Shown one piece after another: positions 27,167 to 36,765 of a stretch of 64,000 bases of DNA. A program made the translations under genes and the position numbers. The stretch is from contig DKWV01000044.1 in assembly GCA_002491905.1 (NCBI GenBank), positions 34,104-98,103 on the forward strand. The letters are read 5' to 3'. Numbering within the stretch: the first letter of the stretch is position 1; each line of letters opens with the position of its first letter. Source of the DNA: Lachnospiraceae bacterium UBA7143. Its GTDB lineage: Bacteria > Bacillota > Clostridia > Lachnospirales > Lachnospiraceae. The notes under the pieces were generated by a model, which made no database searches, was not told the DNA's origin, and saw only the letters and a list, made by a program, of their open reading frames with translations.

Positions 27167-28057
27167 CTATTTTTCCACTTTCTGCACATGCACATCCATC
27201 TGCGGAAAAGGAATGGGAATGCCGGCTTCGTCCAGCGCATACTTCACCTTTTCCGTAAGCCGCCATCTGGTCTCCCAGAAGTTTTCATTAGCGCTGTAGC
27301 ACCTCAGGTCCAGAACCACGCTGCTGTCCGCCAGCTCGTCCACAAACACCCGTTTCTCTTCCTCCTGCAAAACGCCGGGATCCTCGTCCAAAACCTGAAG
27401 CAGTACTTCCCTGGCCCTGCGGATATCCGCCTCATAGGAAATTCCCACTTTGATATCCAGCCTGCGGTCATTCAGTGTGCTCATATTCAGGATATTGCTG
27501 TTTGCAAGTTCCCCGTTCGGCACCACCACCATATGGCGGTCCGGCGTGATCAGTCTGGTATAAAAGAGCTGCACATCCTCCACCGTTCCCTCATTGCCTG
27601 CGGCATCCCTGATGTAGTCTCCGACCTTGAAGGGCTTTAAGAGCAATATCAGCACACCGCCCGCGAAATTGGACAGACTTCCCTGTACCGCCAGACCGAT
27701 GGCTACGCCTGCGGAACCCACCAGAGCCACCACGCTGGCGGCATCAAGCCCGAAGTAGGAAGCGATCGTAAAGAGCAGCAGGATATAGAGCGCCGTCTTG
27801 ACAAGGGAATCCAGGAAACGGCTCACGCCCACATCCACATTCCGCCGCTCAAAAGATTTTCGCATGATCCTGCGCACCAGCTTGATCAGCTGTATGCCGA
27901 CAAAAAGCACCACCAGCGCCAGAAGCACCCTGACTCCCAAACGGATCAGCTTATCCGGCAGCTCCTGCAGATAGCGCTCAATCAGCCCTACATTTAATTC
28001 GTCTGACGCGATATTACCGATATCCATGATCTGCTCCTCCATCGTCTGTTCCATCAT
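27167..28057 (-). CDS. mscS: Small-conductance mechanosensitive channel
   Basis: GVAIGLAVQGSLSNFAGG, PFKVGDYI, VPNG, IPFPQ motifs. Confidence 0.9.
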   Translation of the reverse strand: MMEQTMEEQIMDIGNIASDELNVGLIERYLQELPDKLIRLGVRVLLALVVLFVGIQLIKLVRRIMRKSFERRNVDVGVSRFLDSLVKTALYILLLFTIASYFGLDAASVVALVGSAGVAIGLAVQGSLSNFAGGVLILLLKPFKVGDYIRDAAGNEGTVEDVQLFYTRLITPDRHMVVVPNGELANSNILNMSTLNDRRLDIKVGISYEADIRRAREVLLQVLDEDPGVLQEEEKRVFVDELADSSVVLDLRCYSANENFWETRWRLTEKVKYALDEAGIPIPFPQMDVHVQKVEK

Positions 28058-28084
28058 ACTGCCTCCGCACCTTTACCCTGCCTC

Positions 28085-30730
28085 TTATTTATCCGCTGTT
28101 TTGTCTTTTGTTTTGTTACTGTCTGCCGCCTTCACCGCTTCCGCTTTCTCTACAGTCGATTTCTTCGATGACGTCCTCTTCGCTGCAGACTTTCCAGCGT
28201 TTTTTTCCTTTGCTGCTGTCTTCACGTCCGAAGCCTGTTTCTTTGCTGCTGTCTTCGGCTTCTTCGTCAGTTCCTGCAGCTTCTGCGCCGCCGCTTCTGC
28301 CGCCTTCTCCAACACCTCCGCCGTCTTCGCGCTTTCCCTGGCCTGTGCGGCCGCACGCCTCGCCAGCTCTTTCGCTTCTGCCGCCGCACGTTTCGCCTGC
28401 TCTCTGGCCTCCGCTGCGGCCTGCGCCGTGCGCTCCGCCTCCTCTCTGGCCAGCCGCCTTTCCTCCGCTTCCCGCGCCAGCCGCTTTTCCTCCTCACGTC
28501 TGCGCTCGATCTCCGCTTTCTCCTCCTTCGTGTAAGGCGTATAGGAGAAAATACTGATACTTAAAGGCGCACTCACCATATCTATCGCATAGGGCTTGCC
28601 GTCCCATTCCATTTCCAGCGTATCGCAGACTGCCGTATTCAATATACCGCAGCCGCCATATGCCGGATCATCCGTGTTGAATACCTCCTTATATTTCCCC
28701 TCACAGGGAACGCCTACACGAAATTCCTGTCTCGCGTCGGCAAAGTTTGCCACCACCACCAGCATATCCCTCACATCGTCCGTCTTCCTGATATAAGACA
28801 GCATGCAGGCATTCGGCGTGATGCAGTTGATCCACTCAAAGCCTTCCCATGACGTATCCTTCTCATAGAGAGCCGGAGAGGAAACGTAAAACTTATTTAA
28901 CGCCGCCACCAGTTGGTTTAACTTTTTGTGATCCGGATGTTCCAAAAGCCCCCACTCCACAGCCCGCTTTTCATTAAACTCGTTGTATTCCCCGATATCC
29001 TGCCCCATAAACAGAAGTTTCTTACCCGGATGGGTTATGTGATAGGCATAAGTCAGCCGCAGATTTGCGAACTGCTTTTCCCTCTCTCCCGGCATCCTGC
29101 TAAGAAGCGTGCCCTTGCCGTGCACTACCTCATCGTGGGACAAAACAAGCATAAACTTCTCGCTGTAAGCATAGATCATACTGAAAGTCAGGTCGTTGTG
29201 CCTCCCCGAACGGAAAAAGGGATCTGTCGTGATATAGCCCAGATAATCATTCATAAAGCCCATATTCCATTTCAGGTCAAATCCCAGACCGTCCTCGTCG
29301 AGCGCACCCGTAATCTTCGGCCACGCCGTCGATTCCTCCGCAATCATCAGTACACCCGGATTGCGTTTTTTCATGATGGAGTTTAAGTGCTTTAAAAGCT
29401 CCACCGCCTCCAGATTTTCATGGCCGCCGTAGATATTTGCCACCCACTCTCCGTCGTTCTTTCCATAGTCCAGATAAAGCATGGAGGCCACCGCGTCCAT
29501 GCGGATCCCGTCTGCATGGTATTTTTCTACCCAGTACAGCGCATTGGCAATCAGGTAATTGCTCACCTGAGGCCGACCGTAATTATAGATCAATGTGCCC
29601 CAGTGCGGATGGAACCCCTGCCTCGGATCCTGATGCTCGTAGAGACATGTGCCGTCAAAGCCCGACAGACCGTAAGTATCCCTCGGAAAATGCGCGGGCA
29701 CCCAGTCCAGAATCACGCCGATTCCCGCCTTATGCATTTCATCCATAAAGTACATAAAGTCCTCCGCCGTGCCATAACGGGCCGTGGGTGCATAGTAACC
29801 AATCACCTGATAGCCCCACGATTCATCCAACGGATGTTCCATCACCGGCATAAGCTCTATATGGGTATACCCCATCTTCTTCACATAGTCGATAATCTTC
29901 GGCGCGAGTTCCCTGTAAGTAAAAAACTCCCTGCCGTCGGAAGGCTTCTCAAAGGAACCGAGATAAAGCTCATATACGCTCATGGGCTTATTTTCCGCCT
30001 GCAGCGAGGCGCGCTCCTTCATCCACTTCCCATCCTTCCATAAAAAGCCAGTGATATCCCGCACCACCGAAGCGCTCTCCGGCCGCATCTGTGCGCCAAA
30101 CCCGTAAGGATCCGCCTTCATAAACACCAGACCGCTCTTTGCCTTAATCTCAAACTTGTAGCAGTCCCCTTCCTTCACGTCCGGAATAAAGATCTCAAAA
30201 ATGCCCGAATCCCACAACCGCTTCATCTGGTGGACTCTGCCGTCCCAGCCGTTAAAATCACCCACCACGCTGACCCGCAGCGCATTGGGCGCCCAGACGG
30301 CAAAGGAAGTGCCCTTAATCCCATCCACAACCTGCGGATGCGCCCCCAGTTTCTCATAAATACTGTAATGGATTCCCGCATCAAATTTCTCCGTATCCTG
30401 TCTGGTAATCTGCGGAGCAAAGTTATATGCGTCCCGCACCTTCCTGAGACTGCCATTCTCCGCCTCCACCACATATTCATAGGCCGGAACCGTCTTTCCC
30501 GGCAAAAGCAGGGCAAAATACCCCTCCTCATCGGCCTCCTCCATGCGGTAGCTCTTATCGCCATCCAAGAGCTGCAGGCGCACGCTCTTCGCCCCCGGCT
30601 GGAAGGTCTGCACCAGCACGGACCCTCCCGTCACATGCGCGCCAAGAATCTCATGCGGGTTATCCGATTCCGAGTAAACGATCTCCTCAATCTTAGCCCA
30701 GTTCATCAATTTATATAATCTTTTATTCAT
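28085..30730 (-). CDS. glgB: 1,4-alpha-glucan branching enzyme with low-complexity C-terminal tail
   Basis: FAVWAPNA, SWGYQ, DWVPAHF, GIRMDAVASM, AEESTAWP, LSHDEVVHGK. Confidence 0.95.
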   Translation of the reverse strand: MNKRLYKLMNWAKIEEIVYSESDNPHEILGAHVTGGSVLVQTFQPGAKSVRLQLLDGDKSYRMEEADEEGYFALLLPGKTVPAYEYVVEAENGSLRKVRDAYNFAPQITRQDTEKFDAGIHYSIYEKLGAHPQVVDGIKGTSFAVWAPNALRVSVVGDFNGWDGRVHQMKRLWDSGIFEIFIPDVKEGDCYKFEIKAKSGLVFMKADPYGFGAQMRPESASVVRDITGFLWKDGKWMKERASLQAENKPMSVYELYLGSFEKPSDGREFFTYRELAPKIIDYVKKMGYTHIELMPVMEHPLDESWGYQVIGYYAPTARYGTAEDFMYFMDEMHKAGIGVILDWVPAHFPRDTYGLSGFDGTCLYEHQDPRQGFHPHWGTLIYNYGRPQVSNYLIANALYWVEKYHADGIRMDAVASMLYLDYGKNDGEWVANIYGGHENLEAVELLKHLNSIMKKRNPGVLMIAEESTAWPKITGALDEDGLGFDLKWNMGFMNDYLGYITTDPFFRSGRHNDLTFSMIYAYSEKFMLVLSHDEVVHGKGTLLSRMPGEREKQFANLRLTYAYHITHPGKKLLFMGQDIGEYNEFNEKRAVEWGLLEHPDHKKLNQLVAALNKFYVSSPALYEKDTSWEGFEWINCITPNACMLSYIRKTDDVRDMLVVVANFADARQEFRVGVPCEGKYKEVFNTDDPAYGGCGILNTAVCDTLEMEWDGKPYAIDMVSAPLSISIFSYTPYTKEEKAEIERRREEEKRLAREAEERRLAREEAERTAQAAAEAREQAKRAAAEAKELARRAAAQARESAKTAEVLEKAAEAAAQKLQELTKKPKTAAKKQASDVKTAAKEKNAGKSAAKRTSSKKSTVEKAEAVKAADSNKTKDKTADK

Positions 30731-30827
30731 AAACAGTCCCTGCCTTTCTGTTTTTTACTGTTTTTTACTGATTCTTCCTATGACTCATTTAAACATCCCG
30801 CCATTTTTCACCGTCATGCGATTCCTT

Positions 30828-32084
30828 TCACTGCCTACCCCCGCTTTCCTCTATCCTGTGAATCAAAAGACCGCTTCTGAGTTTCGGCTCAAACCATGTA
30901 GATTTCGGAGGCATCAGTTTCCCCGCGTCCGAGACGGCAAACAGTTCGTGAATATCTGTGGGAAACATGGCAAAGGCCGCCATTGCGTCCGTATGTACCC
31001 TTCGCTCCAGCTCTGCAAGCCCCCTGATCCCGCCCACGAAATCAATCCTATCATCCACCTTCGGGTCCACAATGCCAAACACCGGCTCCAAAAGCTCCTT
31101 CTGCAAAACTGCCACATCCAGATCTTCTACCGGATCCCCTGTGTAACATCTGCTATCTATAGTAAGACGATACCAGTCATCTCCATAGTACATGCCGATC
31201 TCACCTTTCTTTTGTGGCCGGTATGGCTCCTTCCCCATTTTTTCCAGCGCAAAGGTTTCCTTCACCTTCTCTAAAAAGTTATCTTCATTAAAATCTGCCC
31301 CTGGCTTCACCACCCGGTTATAATCCATAATCATAAGCTGGTCATCAGGAAACAGAACCGACAGAAAATAATTGAACCCCTCTTTTCCTGTATAATCAGG
31401 AAAGGCAGCCCGCCTTTTCTTTGAAACACGCACCGCCGAAGCACATCTGTGGTGCCCGTCCGCGATATAAATGGATTCCACCTGCAAAAAGGCGTTCTTA
31501 ATCCGCTCCACAGACTCCACCTCGTCAATCACCCAAAGTCTGTGGATAATGCCGTCGGCTGCCGTAAAACCATAAACCGGCTCTCCCGCCATAGCCCGCA
31601 TGACCTCCCGCTCGATCTCCTCTCTTCTGCGGTAGGCAAGAAAAATAGGACCGGTCTGGGCGCTGCACACGTCCACATGCCTGATGCGGTCGGCCTCCTT
31701 ATCCGCCCGGGTGTTCTCATGTTTCTTAATCACCTGCGTATCGTAATCATCTACGGAGGCGCAGGCGCCAATCCCAATCTGGGATCTGCCGTCCATTACC
31801 AGTTCATAGACATAGTACGCTTCCTTTTCCTCCTGTATAAAAAGACCGTCCTCTATCATCTGATCCAGCATTTCCCGCGCCTTCTCATAGACCTCCGGCG
31901 CGTACATGTCATAGTCCTCCGCAAACTGCGTCTCCGGCCTGTCAATCCGAAGGAACGTATAATCGTCCCCCTTCACAGCTTCCCTGGCCTCTTTTCTATC
32001 GTAGACATCGTAAGGCAGCGCGGCAATTCTCTCCGCCAGATCTGCCCTTGGTCTAATTGCGCGAAACGGTATAATTTCTGCCAT
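30828..32084 (-). CDS. DUF1015 family protein
   Basis: LPYDV, IKKHENT, YIADGHHR, MPPKSTWFEPKLRSGL; near serA/serC. Confidence 0.88.
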   Translation of the reverse strand: MAEIIPFRAIRPRADLAERIAALPYDVYDRKEAREAVKGDDYTFLRIDRPETQFAEDYDMYAPEVYEKAREMLDQMIEDGLFIQEEKEAYYVYELVMDGRSQIGIGACASVDDYDTQVIKKHENTRADKEADRIRHVDVCSAQTGPIFLAYRRREEIEREVMRAMAGEPVYGFTAADGIIHRLWVIDEVESVERIKNAFLQVESIYIADGHHRCASAVRVSKKRRAAFPDYTGKEGFNYFLSVLFPDDQLMIMDYNRVVKPGADFNEDNFLEKVKETFALEKMGKEPYRPQKKGEIGMYYGDDWYRLTIDSRCYTGDPVEDLDVAVLQKELLEPVFGIVDPKVDDRIDFVGGIRGLAELERRVHTDAMAAFAMFPTDIHELFAVSDAGKLMPPKSTWFEPKLRSGLLIHRIEESGGRQ

Positions 32085-32174
32085 AACACTCTCCTTTATC
32101 CTGTATTTTACAGGATATATGTATTTATTCTAACAAATAATACTGGCTACCACAAGGAATTTATGCTAGAATGA

Positions 32175-32345
32175 GCAGTGCACAGACATTTAGATAAACC
32201 GGGGAGGGGAACTTGTTCACCGATACGTTTATCTGAATGGCTGTATAGAGGTGCTAAGCGCCGGTGGCGCTTGTTTAGCACGGACCGAAGCAGAGCGTAG
32301 GCAGCCCGCAAACGAGAAAACCGAAGGTTTTCGAGTGTGCACTGC
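32175..32345 (+). other. 171-bp multi-branched palindromic element (structured RNA or REP/MITE-like)
   Basis: Terminal 10-bp inverted repeat GCAGTGCACA/TGTGCACTGC and three internal hairpins. Confidence 0.6.
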
Positions 32346-32377
32346 GAAAGAAAATTCAGAAAGAAAGGAAGATGCAC

Positions 32378-32662
32378 ATGACCAGCGAAGAACAGAAAAT
32401 TCTGGATCGTATCAATGCCTATGCAGAAGAGGCTCTCGCGGACATTGATCCCCAGAAAACCAGAATTTCATTTCAATTAGAAGCCCTGAAACCCGTGATG
32501 CAGGAAATCGCCGACGAAACGGGGAAATCCGTGGAGGATATCTTTATCCTGTATATGGATCTTGCCAGCGAATCCGCCGTGGAAGCTGACAAGAAACTTC
32601 AGGCGGCTCTGGATGATGAGGAGAATGCTGATTTCTCTTCCATCGCCAACCGGCTCAACTGA
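32378..32662 (+). CDS. Small acidic hypothetical protein
   Basis: 94-aa ORF with RBS AAGGAAG and its own terminator. Confidence 0.75.
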   Translation: MTSEEQKILDRINAYAEEALADIDPQKTRISFQLEALKPVMQEIADETGKSVEDIFILYMDLASESAVEADKKLQAALDDEENADFSSIANRLN

Positions 32663-32664
32663 AA

Positions 32665-32694
32665 AAGACCTGCCGCAAAATACGGCAGGTCTTC
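32665..32694. terminator. Bidirectional terminator between the small gene and serA
   Basis: AAGACCTGCCG / CGGCAGGTCTT inverted repeat. Confidence 0.75.
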
Positions 32695-32729
32695 TATATG
32701 CTTTATGCTCACTCGCAAACCCGCATCTT

Positions 32730-33893
32730 CTACTTCACCACTCTCACCCGGAACACCCCGTCGATGGACTGGAGTTTCTCGATAATCTCTTTGGAAGCAG
32801 GCGTCTCAATATCCAGCATCGTGTAAGCCACCTCTCCCCTTGACTTGTTCGTCATATCGGAGATATTGATGTTGTTGTCGCCGAAGCAGGCGGTAAACTT
32901 GGTGATCATGTTGGCAATATTTTTGTGGAAAATTGCGACACGGCCTGCCTGCTCACAGATACCCATATCGCACTTCGGATAGTTCACGCTGTTTAAAATG
33001 TTTCCGTTCTCCAGATAATCCTTCAACTGCTTCACAGCCATCACCGCACAGTTATCCTCTGACTCTTCCGTGGACGCGCCAAGGTGTGGAATCACGATAC
33101 ACCCTTCCTGCCCCGCGGTGGTGGGATTCGGGAAATCGGCCACATATTTTCTCACCTTACCCGCCTTAATGCTCTCCAGAACAGCTTTCTCATCCACCAG
33201 AAGATCTCTCGCAAAGTTTAAGAGAATTACGCCGTCCTTCATCTGGTCGATTGCCTCTCTGTTAATCATACCTTTCGTTGCATCCATCAGCGGCACATGA
33301 ATAGTGATAATATCACACTCTGCATAGATCTCTTCCACATGCAGCACATGCTTCACGTCACGACTCAGGTTCCACGCCGCATCCACCGACACATAGGGGT
33401 CATAGCCGTAAACTTCCATGCCAAGGTGCTTCGCCACGTTGGCCACCTTCACGCCGATGGCGCCAAGACCGATTATACCCAGTTTCTTGCCCTGAATCTC
33501 CGTCCCGGCAAAGTTTTTCTTGGCCTTCTCCGCATCCTTCGCAATATTCTCATCAGACACGTTCGCCTTCACCCACTCGATACCGCCTGCCACATCGCGG
33601 GCGGCTAAGAGCATACCCGCAATCACCAGCTCCTTCACACCGTTTGCATTTGCTCCCGGCGTATTGAACACCACGATACCTTTCTCCGCGCACTTATCCA
33701 GCGGAATGTTGTTTACTCCGGCACCCGCCCGGGCAATTGCCAGAAGGTTCTCCGGAAGCTCCATGTCATGCATGGCTGCGCTTCTCACCAGAATGCCGTC
33801 CGCCTCCTCGATTGTTTCCGTCTTCTCATACTGCCCGCTGAATTTATCAAGTCCCACCTGTGAAATGGGATTTAAGCAATGATATTTAAACAT
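32730..33893 (-). CDS. serA: D-3-phosphoglycerate dehydrogenase
   Basis: RAGAGVNNI, GLGAIG, PHLGAST, C-terminal ACT domain; follows serC. Confidence 0.92.
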   Translation of the reverse strand: MFKYHCLNPISQVGLDKFSGQYEKTETIEEADGILVRSAAMHDMELPENLLAIARAGAGVNNIPLDKCAEKGIVVFNTPGANANGVKELVIAGMLLAARDVAGGIEWVKANVSDENIAKDAEKAKKNFAGTEIQGKKLGIIGLGAIGVKVANVAKHLGMEVYGYDPYVSVDAAWNLSRDVKHVLHVEEIYAECDIITIHVPLMDATKGMINREAIDQMKDGVILLNFARDLLVDEKAVLESIKAGKVRKYVADFPNPTTAGQEGCIVIPHLGASTEESEDNCAVMAVKQLKDYLENGNILNSVNYPKCDMGICEQAGRVAIFHKNIANMITKFTACFGDNNINISDMTNKSRGEVAYTMLDIETPASKEIIEKLQSIDGVFRVRVVK

Positions 33894-33951
33894 TTATACT
33901 GCCTTCCTTTACTCACTTATTATATTACGCTCGTTATTATATCTATGTGCC

Positions 33952-35034
33952 TTAAGCGTTTTCGCTTTCGAATTTTTTCATAAACGCCACAAGCTTCTCC
34001 ACACCCTCAACCGGCATCGCGTTGTAAATGCTTGCGCGCATACCGCCAACGGTTCTGTGTCCCTTCAGATTCACAAACCCGGCCGCGGTCGCCTCCTTGA
34101 TAAATTTGGCATCCGTCTCCTCATTCCCCGTCACAAAAGGCACATTCATAAGGGATCTGTCCTCTTTCCTGACCGTGCCCTTAAAGAGACTGCTCTCATC
34201 CAGAAAATCATAGAGAATTTTCGCCTTCTTCTCATTTACTTCCTTCATCGCCTCAAGACCGCCGTTTTTCAAAAGCCACTTAAACACCTTGCCACAGATA
34301 TAAATACCGTAGCAGGGCGGCGTATTATATAAAGAATCATTGTCCGCATGCACTTTGAACTTCATCATAGTGGGCGTACCGGGCAGCACCTCATCCGTCA
34401 GCAGGTCTTCCCTGATAATGACAATCTGCGTACCCGCCGGACCCACATTTTTCTGCACGCCCGCATAAACCAGACCGTACTTCGTCACATCCATAGGCTC
34501 CGACAGGAAGCAGGAAGACACATCGGAAACCAGAATCTTGCCCTTGGTATTCGGTAACGTATGATATTTCGTCCCGTAGATGGTATTGTTCTCGCAGATA
34601 TAAACATAATCCATATCATCTGTTATGGGAAGATCGGAACAATCCGGAATATAGGAAAAGGTCTCATCCGCTGAAGATGCAAGTTCCACAGCCTCCCCGT
34701 AAATCTTCGCCTCCGCAAACGCCTTCTTCGCCCACTGCCCAGTCAGGATGTAGCCCGCCTTGCGGTTCTTCATCAGATTCATGGGCACCGACGCAAACAA
34801 GAGACTTGCGCCGCCCTGTAAAAATAACACCTTATAGTTATCGGGAATATGTAGAAGCGTGCGAAGATCCGCCTCTGCCTCCTTGATAATGGAGTCGAAA
34901 ACCTTCGACCGATGGCTCATCTCCATAACCGACATTCCCGAACCCTTGTAGTCAAGCATCTCCTCCGCAGCCTCTCTTAGCACCTCTTCCGGCAAAACCG
35001 CGGGACCCGCTGAAAAATTATACACTCTGGACAC
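33952..35034 (-). CDS. serC: Phosphoserine aminotransferase
   Basis: YNFSAGPA, EMSHRS, AGVQKN (PLP Lys), GHRTVGGMRASIYNA; GTG start. Confidence 0.96.
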   Translation of the reverse strand: MSRVYNFSAGPAVLPEEVLREAAEEMLDYKGSGMSVMEMSHRSKVFDSIIKEAEADLRTLLHIPDNYKVLFLQGGASLLFASVPMNLMKNRKAGYILTGQWAKKAFAEAKIYGEAVELASSADETFSYIPDCSDLPITDDMDYVYICENNTIYGTKYHTLPNTKGKILVSDVSSCFLSEPMDVTKYGLVYAGVQKNVGPAGTQIVIIREDLLTDEVLPGTPTMMKFKVHADNDSLYNTPPCYGIYICGKVFKWLLKNGGLEAMKEVNEKKAKILYDFLDESSLFKGTVRKEDRSLMNVPFVTGNEETDAKFIKEATAAGFVNLKGHRTVGGMRASIYNAMPVEGVEKLVAFMKKFESENA

Positions 35035-35171
35035 TTTTCTCTCCTCCCGTCCTCATTCGTTTCCGTTTACAAAAACCAAAACTTATTTTACGCTCTTCGG
35101 GCGCTTTAGTCAATTACTTTGTTAAACACTTCCAATATGGACGCTCAGCCGCGCCAATTCGCAGTACTTAC

Positions 35172-35327
35172 AGTTCAGCACGCGCCCATTCGCAAAATCA
35201 CGCCTTCGGCGCTCTCCGCTGCTTCGCAGCTACTTTTGCTTATAAGCGGGCGCTCCCTCAGAGCAACATCAGTCTGTCAAATTCATGCGAGCATGATTTG
35301 CCCGACAGATGCCGCTCTGGCTGAACT
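35172..35327 (-). other. 156-bp multi-branched palindromic element upstream of serC
   Basis: Terminal AGTTCAGC/GCTGAACT, long arm CAGAGC..CATGC-TC-GCATG..GCTCTG, two GAA-triloop hairpins. Confidence 0.6.
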
Positions 35328-35328
35328 A

Positions 35329-36726
35329 TTAGTAGAACATCACCACCGGCGTGCCCACCTCGGCCATGTCAAAGAGCTGTTCCATCGCCGCGCGTGGGGT
35401 ATTGATACAGCCGTGGGAACCGTTGGTCTGATAGATCGTGCCGCCAAACTTTCCCCGCCAGGCTGCGTCGTGGATACCGATATTTCCCTTCACTGGCATC
35501 CAGAAATCCACATGGGAGGCGTAATTCGCGCCCCGCAGGATGCGGTTCTTCTGTTTCGCATACACAAAATTGACCCCGGAAGGCGTTCCCATCCGGCGGG
35601 ACGTGTTTCCGGTCACAATGGGCGTATCAATCGTTATGACGCCGTCCACATAATAGTACATCTTCTGTTCGGTCATATCCACCTCAATATAGGTGGATCC
35701 GATATCATCGCTGCCCTGTTTCCATGCCTCCTGCGTATAGACCGGCTCGTGCACTTCCCTCTTCCCGCCATAAAAGGCTTCCGTCAGATAAGCAGTTTCC
35801 GCCTCTTTGTCAATTTTGTTCCCATAAAGACCGCCCTCCACTGTCACCACATCTCCTCTGGTGGATAAAAACTGCCTGCTGGTGCCCACGGTATCATACT
35901 TTTCAGCCAGAGATGCCACAAAATCCTCTATGGCATTTTCCTTTAACCGCAGTCCGCCCGATTCATCGAATAAAAAACAACCGTTATCATCCACAGCAAT
36001 CCAGTCACAGACGACGGAGGCATCCACAGGAATCTCTTCCTCCCCCATCCGGTAAACAATGCCGCAGTCCTGAAAGCTTTCCAGCTTTTCCCAGATATCC
36101 AGCGTCTCCCGCATCTGCGCCGTCAACTCCAGATCGTGATAACAGCCACTGTCCACCAGGGACACTTCGCTCTTGGAGGCCTCTATGGCGGAGAGCACCG
36201 CTCCCCTCGCCTGCTCAGCAAAAAGGACATCCGTCCTCTCATTCACAAGCGCATATCCCTGCGGTGTCCGAATGATCTCCACCCTGCGATCCTTATCTGA
36301 CCGTTTGTCCTGACAGAAGGGCATCGCGTCAAAGCAGGCATCGAAAGCCTCCCTGTCATAGGAGACAACTGGGGCAAGTTCCACCTGGTGACCGCCAAAC
36401 AGACTGTCAATCCACATCCAGGGATCCTGCCGTTTCTGATAAATTTCCAGTGCCTTCTTAAAATCAAACTGATAGGAAATATCTTCCGCCGATATCACAT
36501 AGCAGGCGCCGTCCTTATCCTCCACAGTGACGCCCTCATACACAAAATCTTTTACCAGTTCATCATTTACCTCCTGAATACTCCTCCCGGTGCAGTAAAT
36601 CCCGTTTATCCAGGTCCCGTAAGTAAACGCGTTGTGGTAATAGGCGGCAAGCCCCAGATAGGTCGCCATCAGACTGACCGTGGCTATCCCCAGGATCACC
36701 GCCATGTGCTTTAGTAGTCTCTTCAT
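35329..36726 (-). CDS. L,D-transpeptidase (YkuD) with PG-binding domain
   Basis: GIHDA..GSHGCIN catalytic motif; N-terminal TM anchor. Confidence 0.9.
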   Translation of the reverse strand: MKRLLKHMAVILGIATVSLMATYLGLAAYYHNAFTYGTWINGIYCTGRSIQEVNDELVKDFVYEGVTVEDKDGACYVISAEDISYQFDFKKALEIYQKRQDPWMWIDSLFGGHQVELAPVVSYDREAFDACFDAMPFCQDKRSDKDRRVEIIRTPQGYALVNERTDVLFAEQARGAVLSAIEASKSEVSLVDSGCYHDLELTAQMRETLDIWEKLESFQDCGIVYRMGEEEIPVDASVVCDWIAVDDNGCFLFDESGGLRLKENAIEDFVASLAEKYDTVGTSRQFLSTRGDVVTVEGGLYGNKIDKEAETAYLTEAFYGGKREVHEPVYTQEAWKQGSDDIGSTYIEVDMTEQKMYYYVDGVITIDTPIVTGNTSRRMGTPSGVNFVYAKQKNRILRGANYASHVDFWMPVKGNIGIHDAAWRGKFGGTIYQTNGSHGCINTPRAAMEQLFDMAEVGTPVVMFY

Positions 36727-36765
36727 ACTTTAACCTTCACAGCTTTGCTGTCTACGCTTCGGGCA

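Noticed and set aside
32175-32345. 6S RNA
   Set aside because: The length fits, but the fold is multi-branched rather than a rod with a central bubble and there is no terminator; not called without a covariance search.
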